From: Oikopleura dioica
Lineage: Eukaryota > Animalia > Chordata
Direction of reading: 5' to 3'
Assembly: GCA_907165135.1 (NCBI GenBank)
Contig: OU015567.1
Coordinates: 9,982,001 to 10,046,000 of the forward strand
DNA length: 64,000 nt
Part shown: piece after piece, positions 1-13,042 of the stretch
Numbering within the stretch: position 1 is the stretch's first letter
Layout: each line of letters starts with the position of its first letter
Notes under the pieces: generated by a model
The model's database searches: none
The model's input: the letters and a program-made list of their open reading frames with translations, nothing else
What the model was told of the DNA's origin: nothing
Position numbers and translations under genes: made by a program

Positions 1-487
1 CGCGCACAATCGTCCAAGACAAGAACAGTAGAAGTGCCTACGCTGGACTCGTCAAAATGTATGAAAATAGTCCTCGCCCGGTAATGAACATCCAAAGGAG
101 CATGAAACTAGCGTTTTTTAGGCAAACAACCCTGCTTCGAAGAGCAAGGCGGTTGAACTGATGATTTCTTCGAGAAAACAAATGATCCTCCAAGCTCACT
201 GCTCGAAAAAGACAGACTTTGCGCCCGCTCCTCTCACCTCGGACAAAATGTCCTTGATGAGCAATTCCGTAAAAATGGATAAAATTTTCGCTTCCTTCGA
301 TTTAGAATCCGTCCAAGTAAGAGTCAACTTTGGTGCCACTGTCTGATTCCGCTCTTTTTAGGTTAGTTTTGTTGGCTTTATGGGAGACTTCGCGGTTTGG
401 GCAGTTTTGGACCTTTCCACTGGCGATATTCAATTTGTCGTCGATGATAGTTAGGGCTCTGTTTCGTTTGAAAGGAAATTTATTCAA
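1..487 (-). CDS. Putative 5' part of an uncharacterised spliced gene running off the window edge
   Basis: Exon-like open segments on the minus strand (MNKFPFKRNRALTIIDDKLNIASGK..., ...FHVPLDVHYRARTIFIHFDESSVG). Splicing could not be fully resolved and no family was recognised. Confidence 0.3.
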
Positions 488-763
488 AGCAACGCTGAGC
501 TGAGCTCAAGTGCGATTGTTGGGAGTCAAACTCTCTCTCTTTTATTCTTTCTCGAGCGAGACCCTCTTTTTTATTTTTTTGGACGCATTCAGAGCCTCCT
601 CTAGTATGTGAGATTCAGAGCCTGAAAGATAATGAATAGTGTGCAGAGCCCCATCAAAGCTGGTGAAAAAACTCTCCACATTTCTTCAACAGTTATTAAA
701 TTATATCTTAAACTTTCATTACGAGTTTCGGAAGATTTCAATCACTCATTTCTGTCCTTCAGA

Positions 764-2645
764 ATGTTAGGACAAATCCTGGTGTACTCGATGCCCGGCT
801 GTCCGCACTGCACGGCGGCGAAAATGAGCTTGAACAAGCTGAATCTGCCATTTATTGAGATACAGCTCGATTTATACGACAAAAGTGTGAGAGAGGAATT
901 GAAGAGCAAAACGAATAGATCCACTGGTATGAAAGTCAGCAACTGAAAAAGTACTGTAGAACAGAGAGGCTTCTCCCGGTAGCTACTAGCGGCGATCAAG
1001 ATCATATATGGTAAACTTTCGATTTATCATCAGTCACCAGAACCGTGTTAAACCTCACTAGAACTTACTAACACTTCACTTGCATGACATAACATCATTA
1101 CGTAACCCGGAACGAACATTAATTATCTCACTTATCTGATCTTCAAAAATATTAAAAATGCGCCGCGTATCCACCAATATTCCAAAATTTTTAAATTCAT
1201 CAAAAAAGCATCTTGAAAGAGTGCAGCCGAAAATTGAAATTTCTTCTTCAGTTCCTCAAATTTTCTTCAACGAGAAACACATCGGCGGAAGAGACGACTT
1301 TCATAAACTAGATAAAAAAGAGCTCGAAGAATTGATCAAGTACGTGCAGGAAAATGAACCACCAGAAGGATCGCCGTCGATTCCCGGATCCACCCTCCTC
1401 ATTGGCATTGGAGAAGATGATGGGCAGTCGCTCCGGTGCGAGTACGACACAGATGCAGACATTGCAAAGGCTCTCAAAGACTCGAACTTGCCAAAGAAGC
1501 GTTGGAACTGGCTCCAGCGGCATCACGGAGCATTTACTGGCAAACAGTTGAAAGAATGGCTCGATGGAACTGGTGAAGATGGCGAAGCAGCCGCAACTCG
1601 CCTACTCGCTGGAAATTTCATCGCTCCGATTGAGAAGAAAGTCGATGCTTTTCACCCGGATGGAACTCTCTACCAACTTGTCGAGCAAAAATCTATCGCT
1701 TCGCTCAACTCGGGCGTTACCGCTGAATGCAAGGTTCTTCATCCCTCTGAGCTCGGCGAGCAGATGAGGATACAAATTAAGAAGCTCTATGGCAAGTACT
1801 TGAATGATGATGGAACTTCTGTTGATTACGAAGGCATGCGTGACTCTGAAGAGTTTGGTGAATATGTCAAACTCACAGCTGTAAGTTCTATATTCACCGA
1901 TAGTTTCTCGAAATTTTTCTTAGCAATTACAGCGGGTAGATCTGTCCCAACTTTCAATCGATGGCCGCCTTGCTTTCTTCATCAACATCTACAACGCCCT
2001 GATCATTCACGGTCAAGTGGTTCGCGGTATTCCGCAGACATTTCTCACTAGGTTGCGATTTTTCTGGACGACCTCTTATATTATTGGTGGCCACGTGTTC
2101 ACGCTCGACGATATAGAGAATGGCGTCCTGAGAGGCAATCGCAAGGGACCTGCTCATCTTTGCCGACAATTTTCACGGTAAAACGTTCCAAGGTGATTCT
2201 TTTAACATTTTTTCCAGTTCTGATCCTCGTTTGAAATTTGCCTTGCCCACTGCAGAGCCGAAAATTCACTTTGCTCTCGTTTGTGGTGCGAAATCTTGCC
2301 CTCCCATTAAATGTTTCTCCGAGAAAGGCGTCCAAGAAGAACTCAAAATGGCGACTGAAGGATTCATTGAGGATGACAGTAATGTACTCGTAAATTTGGA
2401 GAAGAAAAAGGTCAAATTATCGATGATCTTCAAATGGTATCAAGTCGATTTTGGAGGCAAGGATCGAGCGATGCTCATTTGGATCTTTGAAAATATGAAC
2501 ACAGTAAGAAATGCTCAGCTTCTAGTGGGTAATTTTATTCTAGGGCACTAAATCCGATAATCTGAAATCTCTCATCGAAGGCGATAACTTCTCCGTATCT
2601 TACTTCGAATACGACTGGACCTCCAATTCAAAAAATGAATCATAA
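764..2645 (+). CDS. Glutaredoxin-DEP-DUF547 domain protein
   Basis: N-terminal GCPHC thioredoxin-fold motif spliced to TVPQIFFN..HIGG. DUF547 motifs AFFINIYNALIIHG, LDDIENGVLRGN and IHFALVCGAKSCP. GT-AG introns join the exons in frame. Confidence 0.85.
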
Positions 2646-2844
2646 AAGCAACAAGTTCTCCTCCTCTCTTTCTTCACAATTCTTACTTCTTCTGTTACGC
2701 AAAAGCAGCAATCCCAAAAACTCCTCTTTCATTTTCTCATTTTGCACCACAGCAGACAATCAACTTTTCCTCTTATCTTCTTTTATTTCCTTCATTAGTG
2801 AATAAATAAAAAGTTCAACAATATCACCAGACTTTCTTATAGAA

Positions 2845-3556
2845 ATGCGTCAGACTCTCGCTCGGTTCAACCAGACCGGTATCAAGCACACCACTGCTAA
2901 CCGTGACCGCTTCGGCCACTCGCAGACCTATGGTGTGTTTGGTAACATCGGTATGGGACGTCACTACAACCCTACCACCCACTTCACTCTCGAGGACATG
3001 CGACGCAGATCCGTCGTCTACTCCGATGTCTACCTTGACGGGTAAGGAGCTAGAGATTATCGCCAAGCGCGCAGGGTTAAAAATATTTTTCAGTTTCGAA
3101 AACTCTTACTGGGCCGATCGAAAAGCATTCCGAATCCTCTCCCCCGAGCACGCCAAGAAGGCTCGATTCTTCAGACAGCGATTTTTCACCCGAAGACTTT
3201 TCAACTACTGCTTCTTCCTTGTGTAAGGGCTTATCGATTTCTTTGTCTCTATTATTTCTTCCTTAGCTGTGGAGCTTACTTCCTGTTCGCAATCCTGTTC
3301 ACCCAGCGATACCTCGGTATTGGTCAGAGAATCAACAACTTTGCCCTTGAACGAAGCATGGAAAACCGAGCTGCCAGAGAAGAAGCTGCTCTCACTGTAG
3401 TCACCTGTTTCATTTCCTCAATAATTAATGAATTTATAGGAATCTGCCGAGTACGTGCCCGCCCTCGTCCAAGGCTACAAAAAGCTGATGGCACCAGAGA
3501 ACCTTTCCAGCTGGGCAAACTACGAACCCAAGAACGAATGGAAACCAATCGCATAA
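2845..3556 (+). CDS. COX4: Divergent cytochrome c oxidase subunit 4-like protein (~190 aa, 4 exons)
   Basis: Basic transit-peptide-like N-terminus and one TM helix (LFNYCFFLVCGAYFLFAILF). C-terminus KLMAPENLSSWANYEPKNEWKP resembles COX4 ...SKWDYEKNEWKK. Strong codon bias. Confidence 0.65.
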
Positions 3557-3634
3557 AACTTGTCGACTATAATAATTTATTAAACAAATATGAGTTCAAC
3601 AAAAGAGAAAAAACGCATTTCATAGAAGAACTTA

Positions 3635-4819
3635 CTATTCACTGTATTCAGAGACTCTGACTTCGGCTCCTAAAAAGTTGGCTTCGTAGTGTGTAATCGT
3701 CACTGGAATCCAACTAGTTAGCTTGGAGACTGTCGCATAGACACCAGGAAGATCTCCAGCGCATTCCATGCCCCAACTTACGATTCCAGCTTGTTCGAGA
3801 GTTTGATTGAAGAGTAAAGGGCCGCCAGAATCGCCCTATATCCACGGTTAGTCAAAAAAACAAGCTTATCTATATGAAAGTACATAGCAAGAATCTTTTC
3901 CTTCATCAGCAGCGCAAAACATATTATCAGACATATATTCATTCTCGTATCCATTGCAGGTTTTCCAGGAGACATCGACTTCGTACATTACAGGTTGCAT
4001 TCCAGGATCATCTTCGCTTAGAGATCCTTGGCCAATAACGATGAACTGGCTACTTTCTGTGACCGGAATGCTGTTCAAACAGACAGGCGTTACATTGTCA
4101 ATAATTTTCGTGTGTCTCATAATAGCTTTTAGGGTTTCAAAAGCTTTTCATGTTTTAAAAATACAGTAAAGGATTATTTTTTGTTTGAGACCCTTTCCCA
4201 TATCGCCATCGTAAATTGGCTCTACGTCAGTCGACCAAGCAGGGTGCAAGATAATGTCGGAAACAGATGAATTCTGAGTGTTTGAGAACGCTAATGTAAA
4301 ATCGCTCGGCTCCGCGAAATAGACACAATGAGCGGCAGTCAGTGTCCACAGAGGATGTATCAGAGATCCACCGCATACGTGAGATTGGTCCCAATGTAGC
4401 TGGACGTAAAATGGATAAGTGCTGTTGTCGGCAATGGTGCCACCGACGATTTTTGCACTCTTATCGTCGGTCTAAATTTATTTTTGGCTAAAATTAAACT
4501 GATTTGATTAGGCGTTACCCTCTTTTTCGGGTTAGATGACATTCTTTTGGAGCTGACTGAGTTCAAGTAAATGTAGCGGGACTCAGAATAATCGTAGACC
4601 GAATAAGTGTAGTTGTGACTACTTGTGTCCGTGGCGGTAAAGTTGATACAGTTTGATTCATCGGTAATGATATCCGCAGTCTTGGTAGCATTTGGCGGAA
4701 TGGCATCATTTTCCCGGTAAAAAAGCAGAACCAAAATTGGTGAAACTATTTTTGGTTAGATTTTGCCTTAGTTTTGTTTAAATTTCTAGCGCGCATCGTT
4801 CAAAATTGTAACCATTCAT
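3635..4819 (-). CDS. Secreted trypsin-family (S1) serine protease
   Basis: K|IVGG activation site, CGGSLI, TAAHC, DGDMAI and GDSGGP, so the catalytic triad is intact. The start at 4819 is inferred. Confidence 0.85.
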
Positions 4820-4962
4820 ATCAGCAAAAAAGGTATAATCAGCCACGAGTTTTTGATACACTTAGAAGTCATCGTGCCGTAACCAGACAGTTTTGTTGAG
4901 CATCACTAGTAACTGAGATCGATTCTAGAGACACTCCATTGAGGATTTTTTTAGTTTGGAAG

Positions 4963-6654
4963 ATGGACTCATCGGATGATGAATGGATCGCTGCTGTTAC
5001 AAAATCGGCAAAAATTCTTCGGAGAAAAAAGCAAACAGAGCCAAGGTGTGATACCATTATTCATGCAACGTGTGTAAATTGATTTCATTCTCTCAGGCGG
5101 CGATCACTCGGCGACCTCGATAAAGACAAAATTGACAAAAAGAAGAGGACTCCCGAACCAAAGCAGAAACTCAATTTCGACGTGGAGTTGAGCTCTGACG
5201 AGGAAATTGAGATCAATGTTCCAACAAGATTCAGAACCCCAGCGAAGAAACAAGTTGAAGAGAAAGTCTCCGATGATGAAAAAAATTTTGAGCTTCCGAA
5301 GCCAAAAAATACATCTGAAACTAAGAAGACGTCAGATACCGACAGTGAAGTAGATGAGCTAGAAGCATTCTTTACGAAAATGAAAACGCCGTCACGGTCT
5401 CTTCGTCCTGTATCGCCAGAAGACGAGTTGGAAGACTTCATCGTATCAGATAGCGAGGACGTAGGGGGAGAGGAAATATCCCATCGAGCAACGATAAACT
5501 TCAATGAAACGACGATCTTGAACCCTGAGCCAGTTTACACTGATGATGAAGACAACAAAGAGAACTTTGAAGACTCGATCATGGAAGTCCCAACTCCTTC
5601 CGATCCATTTTCTGACTCTTCCGACAAATTTATGAAAAATATCAGAGAATCAGCCAAAAAGAGTCGCAAGAAAAAAGAACATAAATTACCGAAATTCACA
5701 GCGGGCGTAACTCCAGACAGTATACGGAAAATAATGAAGACCAATGTCCGTAACGAGCGATTAAACTCGCCCAAAACACCAAAGTCAAAAGCAGACAGAT
5801 TGATGGACAAACAGCTATACCGGGATTTCTCTCCTAGAAAAACTCCGAGTAAAGTGTACACGACGCCCGTGAAGACGCCAACGATTAAAAAATCAGAAAC
5901 GACCCCCTGCGGCTTCGATCAATGCATCCTTTATGATGTCGACCAGTGGTCGTCCAAGCGCTTGAAAGACAATTTGACTGAACTAATAGAAGAGATTTAC
6001 GAAACTATCAATCGCACGATTTTCGGACTAAAGCTTCCAGGCAAGGTCAGAACGTTTCGCTGAGAAAATTTGATAGCATAAATCAAAGGTTTTATAAGCG
6101 CTATAAAACGTACGTAAATACCTTCTGACCCATACAAAGTAAACGTAAAGCATCAGGGCGAGAATGTTTTTACGAGCAAGGACGGTCTCATGACAATCGT
6201 CTGGAACAAGCATTTGAGGTCCACCGCGGGGCGATGCCGTTCCGGAGTCGACAAATCGTCCGCAAAAAAGAAGTGCTCAGTTGAGCTAGCTCCCCATATT
6301 CTCGACACAGCACCTAGAATCAGAGATACACTTTTGCACGAGCTTATACATGCAGCAAACTGGATAATTGATGAAGATCCTCTTGCTGGGCACGGGCCAA
6401 AGTTCCGCGCTTGGGGTTTCAAATCGCTCAAAACGCATCCAGAGATTCCACCTGTGAAAACGACTCATTCCTATCAGATCAATTACAAGTATTGGTGGGA
6501 GTGCGAAAACATGGAAAGAGGCACTTGCACCGTCAAAATCGGCCGAAAGACGAATTCACTCAAGCTTGACCGCGTCCGCTGCGCCAAATGCGGGGGCAAC
6601 TTTGTTTACGTTAGGTTCAAGTACCATCAAAAAGAGAAAAGACTCAAAGTTTAA
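4963..6654 (+). CDS. GCNA: GCNA/ACRC-like SprT metalloprotease with acidic disordered N-terminus
   Basis: Acidic S/D/E-rich and TP-rich region, then WNKHLRSTAGRC, DTLLHELIHAA (HExxH), GHGPKF and a Cys-containing zinc-ribbon tail. Confidence 0.8.
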
Positions 6655-6958
6655 TATTTAACTGCCTTATACTTATTCACATTCCCTTTTTACTAAAAAC
6701 GCCTCTTGTTATCAGAGCTCTTCCTTGATTGCAAAACCAATATTTTTCTAGAACCCGTCTCCCATTTTAATTTTTATGACTGTAACAAGCGTGTAGCTTT
6801 GACTACAAATTGCTTACTTTAACGCGTTCTGTGTGTGCACGACCGTTTCCTGATACAATCTACCGGTAAATCGCTGCCCGCCGAGTCAGAAAACGCGACT
6901 TTCTGAAGCGCACAGAAACAATTTCAATTTGTTTTCAAAGTTTTAATTTTCAGAGAAT

Positions 6959-8377
6959 ATGAGCGCAAGTGAGTTTTCGTCAGTCGATGAGGAGCTCGCT
7001 CACTTCAAAAGTAGATACCTCGAGCTCAAGGAGGAATTCGACGAAATGTTGTCGATGAACAAAGATTACGAGGCCGAAATGGAGCAGCAAGTCGAAGAGC
7101 TGGAGCAAAAAGAGAAAACACTCCGGGCTGATAATCTGAGAATAACGCAAGAGCTGGAGCAGTACAGATCTAAACACAGAGAGAAGGAACAAACTCAAGA
7201 CTCTGAGATCTCGAGGCTGAAAAGCTCACTTGAACAAGAGACTCAATCTAAGGTGAAAACATCCTCTATTCAACTGTTCAAACTGATTTTAGAGAGAACA
7301 CGCAGCGAAGTGCCGCGCGTTGGAGCAAGAGCTAGACGACTATGACCGCAAGTATCGTCATTTAGCAACGTCCTTCGAAGAGATGCAGAAAAACTACGAA
7401 GCGGAAGTGGAGCGAAATGCGTTGCTGGAGACAGAAGTGTCTGAAGGCGTCAAATTAAAGGAGCTTCTGCAGCGAGAAAAGGACGAGAAACGCGACCTCA
7501 AATCCGAGCTAAAAATCCGATCAAGAATACCAGAGCCAAAACTAGAGACCATCACAAGTAGCGATAGTGACAAACAACCAATCTTGCCCAAACCGGATCT
7601 TGGCGGCGACAGAACGACAGGATCTCCAATAGCCGTCGTTAAACCAAGGTACCTTTTGCTATTCTGGTGGCTAGATCGTAGTACTCACGTGGTGTAGGAA
7701 TCCCATTCAAGCAATCATTTTTTTCTTTTTAACCGGCTCATTATTTGGCTTCCAAATTTGAGTGTAATAAACAGTTTCTCATCCCACCCCATTTGCGTGA
7801 AAAATTCCACCAAGTGGCAGTATAATTACTCACACCCTCTTTTTCTCATACAACCCTACTAGTGCCATAGAAGGCGTAAGAAGTCCTGCCTACGTCTCGG
7901 GTGTTGCTTCAAGGCGTAGCCAAACGATATCCAATCTTTCCTCACACGCTTCGAATTTGAACCAGACGCCGAGTTCTCCTGCTGCCTCAAACAGGGAGTC
8001 TCCTGGCTCTGCGCAACGACTTTCCGCTCTCACAATTGTTGGTGATCTGCTCAGAAAAGTTGGAGCGCTGGAAACAAAGCTTGCTTCATGCCGAACTTTC
8101 GTTCGACAAAGGTTAGTTTTCGTTCTGAAAATCTCAAAATGGACATTTTCTTAGTTCGGACGCGGTTAACACGCAAATTTCGACGACCCCCCGTCGGGGC
8201 GATTCCGCTTCCCGCACCTCACTCTCCGTTAACAACTCCCTTTCGTCAACTTACAGCACGCGAAGCCGTGGAACGCCGGACTCTGCGCGCATCGGAGAAC
8301 GACTAGACCCGGGGGTCAGCCGGAACCGCTCGCCAATTCCGTTCAATAAGCTCACCGCTCTCAACATCGCTCCTTGA
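6959..8377 (+). CDS. NDE1: NudE/NudE-like dynein regulator
   Basis: N-terminal coiled coil ([29 protein letters not shown]) and C-terminal [26 protein letters not shown] motif. Confidence 0.85.
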
Positions 8378-8869
8378 TGCTCTCTGACGGCACCTGGTGA
8401 CCCCCGTGTGTAGCACATCCAATGTCCCGGACTCACATCAGTCATTAGCGACGTAACCGTCTTGCAATCTCACATGTTTCGTTTATAAAAACAATACACT
8501 ATCTCACTTTTTCTAACCATTTTACTGCAGTTTGTTGTTGATAAATTTTTTTGATTGCACTCTCTGTACAGTTCACAGTTACAGTAGCACGCTTTGTCAC
8601 TACGGATTTGAATATAAAAATGCACAAATTGTATCTTAGAATCCTTGTAAAATAAACAAAAATGCTCAAAATCCAAGTTGTTGTTTTTCGTTATTAATAA
8701 TTTGAAGCAGGATCGTGAACATTTTCTTGAGCATTTCTTAAAAAGATGGTTTAAATCTTGGCTAGATTAAGCGTGCTAGAACTGTGTCAGCTGTTTGTGC
8801 GCATCGGATGCATTTCTAAAAAATACAGCCCGTTCTATAACTAACAAATTCTTTGATTCAGAATAAAAT

Positions 8870-9292
8870 ATGGGTTTGCTGGAAGTATTCCGTTCCAAAG
8901 TCGCGTACATCATCTCAGTCGGTGCATTCGTGCCAGCCTACTACTACCTGTCTTCTGACCGATTCAAGCTCAAGAATGATTACCAACAAGAATTCGTCAC
9001 GCAACAATTCGGCACTCAGAATTTGTCGTTTGCCGAATCCGCAATGGTTAAAAACGTTAATATTGCTCACTCGATGGCGCATCAAGAAGTAGAAGAACTG
9101 AAAAAAGCGAGACACAATACTTATCGTTTCTCGCATTTGTATGGCCGCTCTTACGAAACTGTAGAAAGTAACGAAGATAGGAAGGATATTCCTCTGTCAG
9201 TGCCGATGCAAGAAAAGGTTGATGGTCGTATCATGAGATCGAGGCAACGCGCGATGGAACGTCTTCGAGCAGGAGAAGATCAAAAAGCTTAA
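8870..9292 (+). CDS. Uncharacterised 140-aa single-exon protein with N-terminal hydrophobic segment
   Basis: Clean ORF with a hydrophobic stretch VAYIISVGAFVPAYYYL. No family recognised. Confidence 0.6.
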   Translation: MGLLEVFRSKVAYIISVGAFVPAYYYLSSDRFKLKNDYQQEFVTQQFGTQNLSFAESAMVKNVNIAHSMAHQEVEELKKARHNTYRFSHLYGRSYETVESNEDRKDIPLSVPMQEKVDGRIMRSRQRAMERLRAGEDQKA

Positions 9293-9367
9293 TGATGATT
9301 CTTCTATGATTTCAAATAAATTTCCGTTTCAAAACTTTTTTGGTTCTTTTCAATTCCCTTGTTTAGA

Positions 9368-10051
9368 ATGTCCGCGCCACACAAGCAACACGATCATTTG
9401 TTCAAGCTCTTGATTATTGGAAACGCGGGTGTTGGCAAAAGCTCGATTCTAGTGCGATTTGCCGACAACATTTTCACCCAGAGTTACATAACCACTATTG
9501 GAGTGGATTTCAAAATCAGAACGATTGAGGTGGAGGGCAAAAAGATCAAGCTTCAGGTGAGCTTTTAAAGAAACAAGTTAGCTTCAACTGTTTAGATTTG
9601 GGATACAGCGGGCCAGGAGCGATTCAGAACAATCACAGCGACGTATTACCGTGGCGCGCATGGAGTGGTGGTGGTGTACGATCTCACTGATGCAGAGTCA
9701 TTTACTGGCGTTCAAAAGTGGATTAACGAGATTCAAAATCATTGCGAAGACGTGCCAAGAGTGCTAGTCGGGAATAAAGTCGACTCGCCAAACAGAGTCG
9801 TCGAGAAAAACGGTAAAGAGGCGAATCATCTAAGAAATGCTATTTTTGAATTAGATGCGGACATGTATGCGCAGCAACAAAACATCAAATATTTCGAGAC
9901 GTCTGCCAAAAGCAACATTGGCGTGGAGGAAATGTTCACCGAAATCACTCGCCAGGCGCTGCATCAAAAAGTTCAGTCCTCGGCGCCGAGCAACGAGCCA
10001 ATAAAGCTAAATAACCAGCAACAGAAGCAAAAGAAACCCTGCTGCAAATAA
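9368..10051 (+). CDS. RAB35: Rab35 GTPase
   Basis: [46 protein letters not shown] and a C-terminal CCK. Confidence 0.9.
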
Positions 10052-10897
10052 TAACTTGTACACTCTTGATCATAACTTACAAATTTTTCATTTTAACAAA
10101 AAAAGCTCGTGCGGTGACTTTTTAAAAACGCTTTATAAACGCGTCGTACTAGAATTTCAAAACCATAGTCAAATCAGTCATACTAATCATTCCAGTGAAT
10201 AAACAAAAAATAATGAATCGAAAGAGTAACTGTGATTAGATTTCAAAAAGGCTGAAAATGCGATTAATTACTCAGGCTTAAAATTACCGGTGAAACTTGG
10301 TCTTCGTCAAGAAAAAAAGTAGCTTCATTTTAAAATTTAACTTTTTATACCTTTTTGCGCGTTTTTGATTTTTCAATCAATGTCATTTTAAACAAAAATC
10401 TGTACCTAACTCTTTCGCTTCTCTTGCAAAACTGGGGCGAATCTTTCTGTGGGATTATGTGTATATTACTATTATAGATAAGTATATTCTCTCCCTCCTC
10501 CTCTTCAGCTGTTCATTTTCGCTCCTTCTGTTTATATTACTACATCAACTCATTAACACTATTTTTCGTTTTGGCGCTGAAAAGAGGGCCTTCTCAATTT
10601 CAACGATTAGGATTTTTAAATTTGCCAGCAACAGATTCCAATTTAAACTCATCCTCTGTTCTTTTTTTATCTCCTCGTTCAACAAAATACCATGATGGTA
10701 CATCCATCATTCAATCCTTTATTTCTTCTCCACTGGACGTTCTCTACATTTACCCAATTCAACCATTCATTCAATCTTTTCTTTTTATTCATCCAAATGC
10801 AATTTGTCCAGGACTCTATATCAGTGCCTTCCATAACATATTAAAAATATGAAAAACAAGAGTGTTTGATTCCTATAAAACATATGTTTCTTGCAGA

Positions 10898-12864
10898 ATG
10901 TCAGAGTCAGCGAATGCGTCTTTGTTTGTTTGCGGGATTTCTGGGGAAACGCCAGAACAGCCGGTAGTTTCGCCTGTTTCAGGAAGGTTTCATGTAGAAG
11001 CATGCAGGTCTTTACAAATTCTTGCCAGACGTTCTTGAGCAAAATTCGATGCTCAAATCATGTTGAAACTAAGAAAGGTGCAATTTTCGAAAAGAGACTC
11101 ATCACAAAATGGATTCAAGAAAACGGAACCGACCCAGGTACTTTCTTGATCCTCGAGAAGCTCTCACAGCAATTTCTAGTGAACGACGCGCAGCTCGACA
11201 CTGATCAGCTGATCGAAGTTCGACCAGAGTCAATCGTCCGCCCTAAAGCGCCAAATCATACATCGATTCCCGCCATCCTCAAAGCTCTTCAAGATGAAAC
11301 GGATGCGATCATGCTCAACAAGTAAGACCACTACGCAAGCTCATTCATTATCCACCAATTCTAGCTATTCACAAAGAACACAGCTCCAAACAACGAGACA
11401 AGAACTCTCCCATGCTCTCTATCAGCATGACGCGGCATGTCGAGTTATTGCTCGACTTCAGAAAGAAACCAACGCGACGAGAGAAGCTCTTGCGACACTC
11501 AAGCCTTCTCAGGGTACCATGAATCTTCTTATACTTTGTCAAAATTTTTTTTCCTTTCAGCTCAAGTTCCGCACGAAGCAGATCCGGTCGAAGCCGACGG
11601 CGACATGGTCGAAGGTCTCTCAGAAGAAGTCATCGCGAAAATCGATCAAGAAAACGCTGCTCTCACCAAGGGCAGAAAAGAACTCGTCTCCAAGCGAAAG
11701 GCTGCTCTTTCTGGCGTCGAAAAGCTGCACAATTACACGACGCAAAATACACTCAAGGATTTGCACGCTCCTGGCAAGCACATTCTCTGCATGGACATGA
11801 GCAAGGCCGACAACACGAGAGTTGTCACCGGCGGTGCGGATAATACCGTCGTTGTGTATGATACGAAGGCAGGAGCTGTTCTATCGAAATTCGATGGACA
11901 CAAAGGCGAAGTGTCAAAAGTTGCGTATCACTCGACAAAGGATGTTGTTGCGTCGGCTTCGGATGATTCTACTGTCCGTGTTTGGTCATTGGAAGGTTAA
12001 AACGAGTTCTCTTATACCTGATAGTAAATATTTCCATTTCAGGTGGCTCCGGAGCTACAATTAAAGCTCACAAAGCTGCAGTTACTGGCATCTCCTACCA
12101 TCCACTTGGACAATACGTCCTTTCCAGCTCAAAAGATCAGACCTGGGCCTTTTCAGATATCGAATTAGGCAAGTTTACTCACTAGAGAACCCTGTCTAAT
12201 CAATAATTCAGGAAGTGTTCTGACGAAAGCAACAGAAAACGAGGCAAAGCTAGAATCTTGCGATTTCCATCCGGATGGTCTCTTCTTTGGCGTTGGAACT
12301 TCCACCGGCGGTGTGAAAATTTGGGATATCAAAAATCGCGTTGAAGTTGCCCCTTTCGCTGGCCATAAAGGACCAGTTAATGCAGTCGCATTTAGGTACA
12401 ATTTTTGATACCGCTTTATTTTATCATGTCCAATTCAGTGAGAATGGATATTATGTTGCTTCTGCAGCTGGTGGAAACGAGATTAAGATTTGGGACTTGA
12501 GAAAGTTGAAGGAAATCAAGTCGATCGTCATGAGAGAGGATGATTATGTTGTGAATGCTTTGAAGTAAGTTCACGAGCCTCAATTTAACCCAACTGAACT
12601 TAAGGTTCGATCCTTCCGGACAGTATTTGGGCGCTGCTGGACAGGATCTCCGTTTGTACATGGCAAAAACATGGGCTGAAATTACTTGCTACTCATCTCA
12701 CGAGGTAAAACACGGATCAATCACATTTGTTTATTTTTTAATTTCTTTAGGATGAGATTACTGGCTTGAGCTTCGGCGAAAACTGTGCTACTCTTGCATC
12801 GTGCTCTCGGGACTCAACTGTTAGGTTGTATGGCGACGCCGAAGCTGCCCCGATGGAATCGTAG
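10898..12864 (+). CDS. PRPF19: Pre-mRNA processing factor 19 (U-box + WD40)
   Basis: [27 protein letters not shown]-box, [22 protein letters not shown] coiled coil and WD40 repeats. Confidence 0.95.
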
Positions 12865-13042
12865 AGCAATTGTACTGCCCCGGGAAAACAGAAGAAACAT
12901 ACGACCCAACTAGGAAAATTACATAAAAATTAACGTGCAACTTTTGTCACTCCATCATTTTCAATTGTCCTTGTCCCCTACAAAACTGCCGCCTGGAAAC
13001 GTTAACTTTTCCTTTGCTATTTGCGTTAACCATAGTTTCAGA

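Noticed and set aside
4869-5057. Minus-strand ORF as the protease first exon, overlapping GCNA antisense
   Set aside because: A simpler start at 4819 gives a signal-peptide-like N-terminus without overlap; the ORF is likely the antisense shadow of GCNA exon 1.
8306-8405. TAG followed by a GGGGGTCA/TGACCCCC stem, suggesting stop-codon readthrough
   Set aside because: The spliced NDE1 frame is a different one and ends at TGA 8375-8377, so that TAG is out of frame.
10459-10852. ORFs in the pyrimidine-skewed region before PRPF19
   Set aside because: Low complexity, no motifs and no consistent exon structure.
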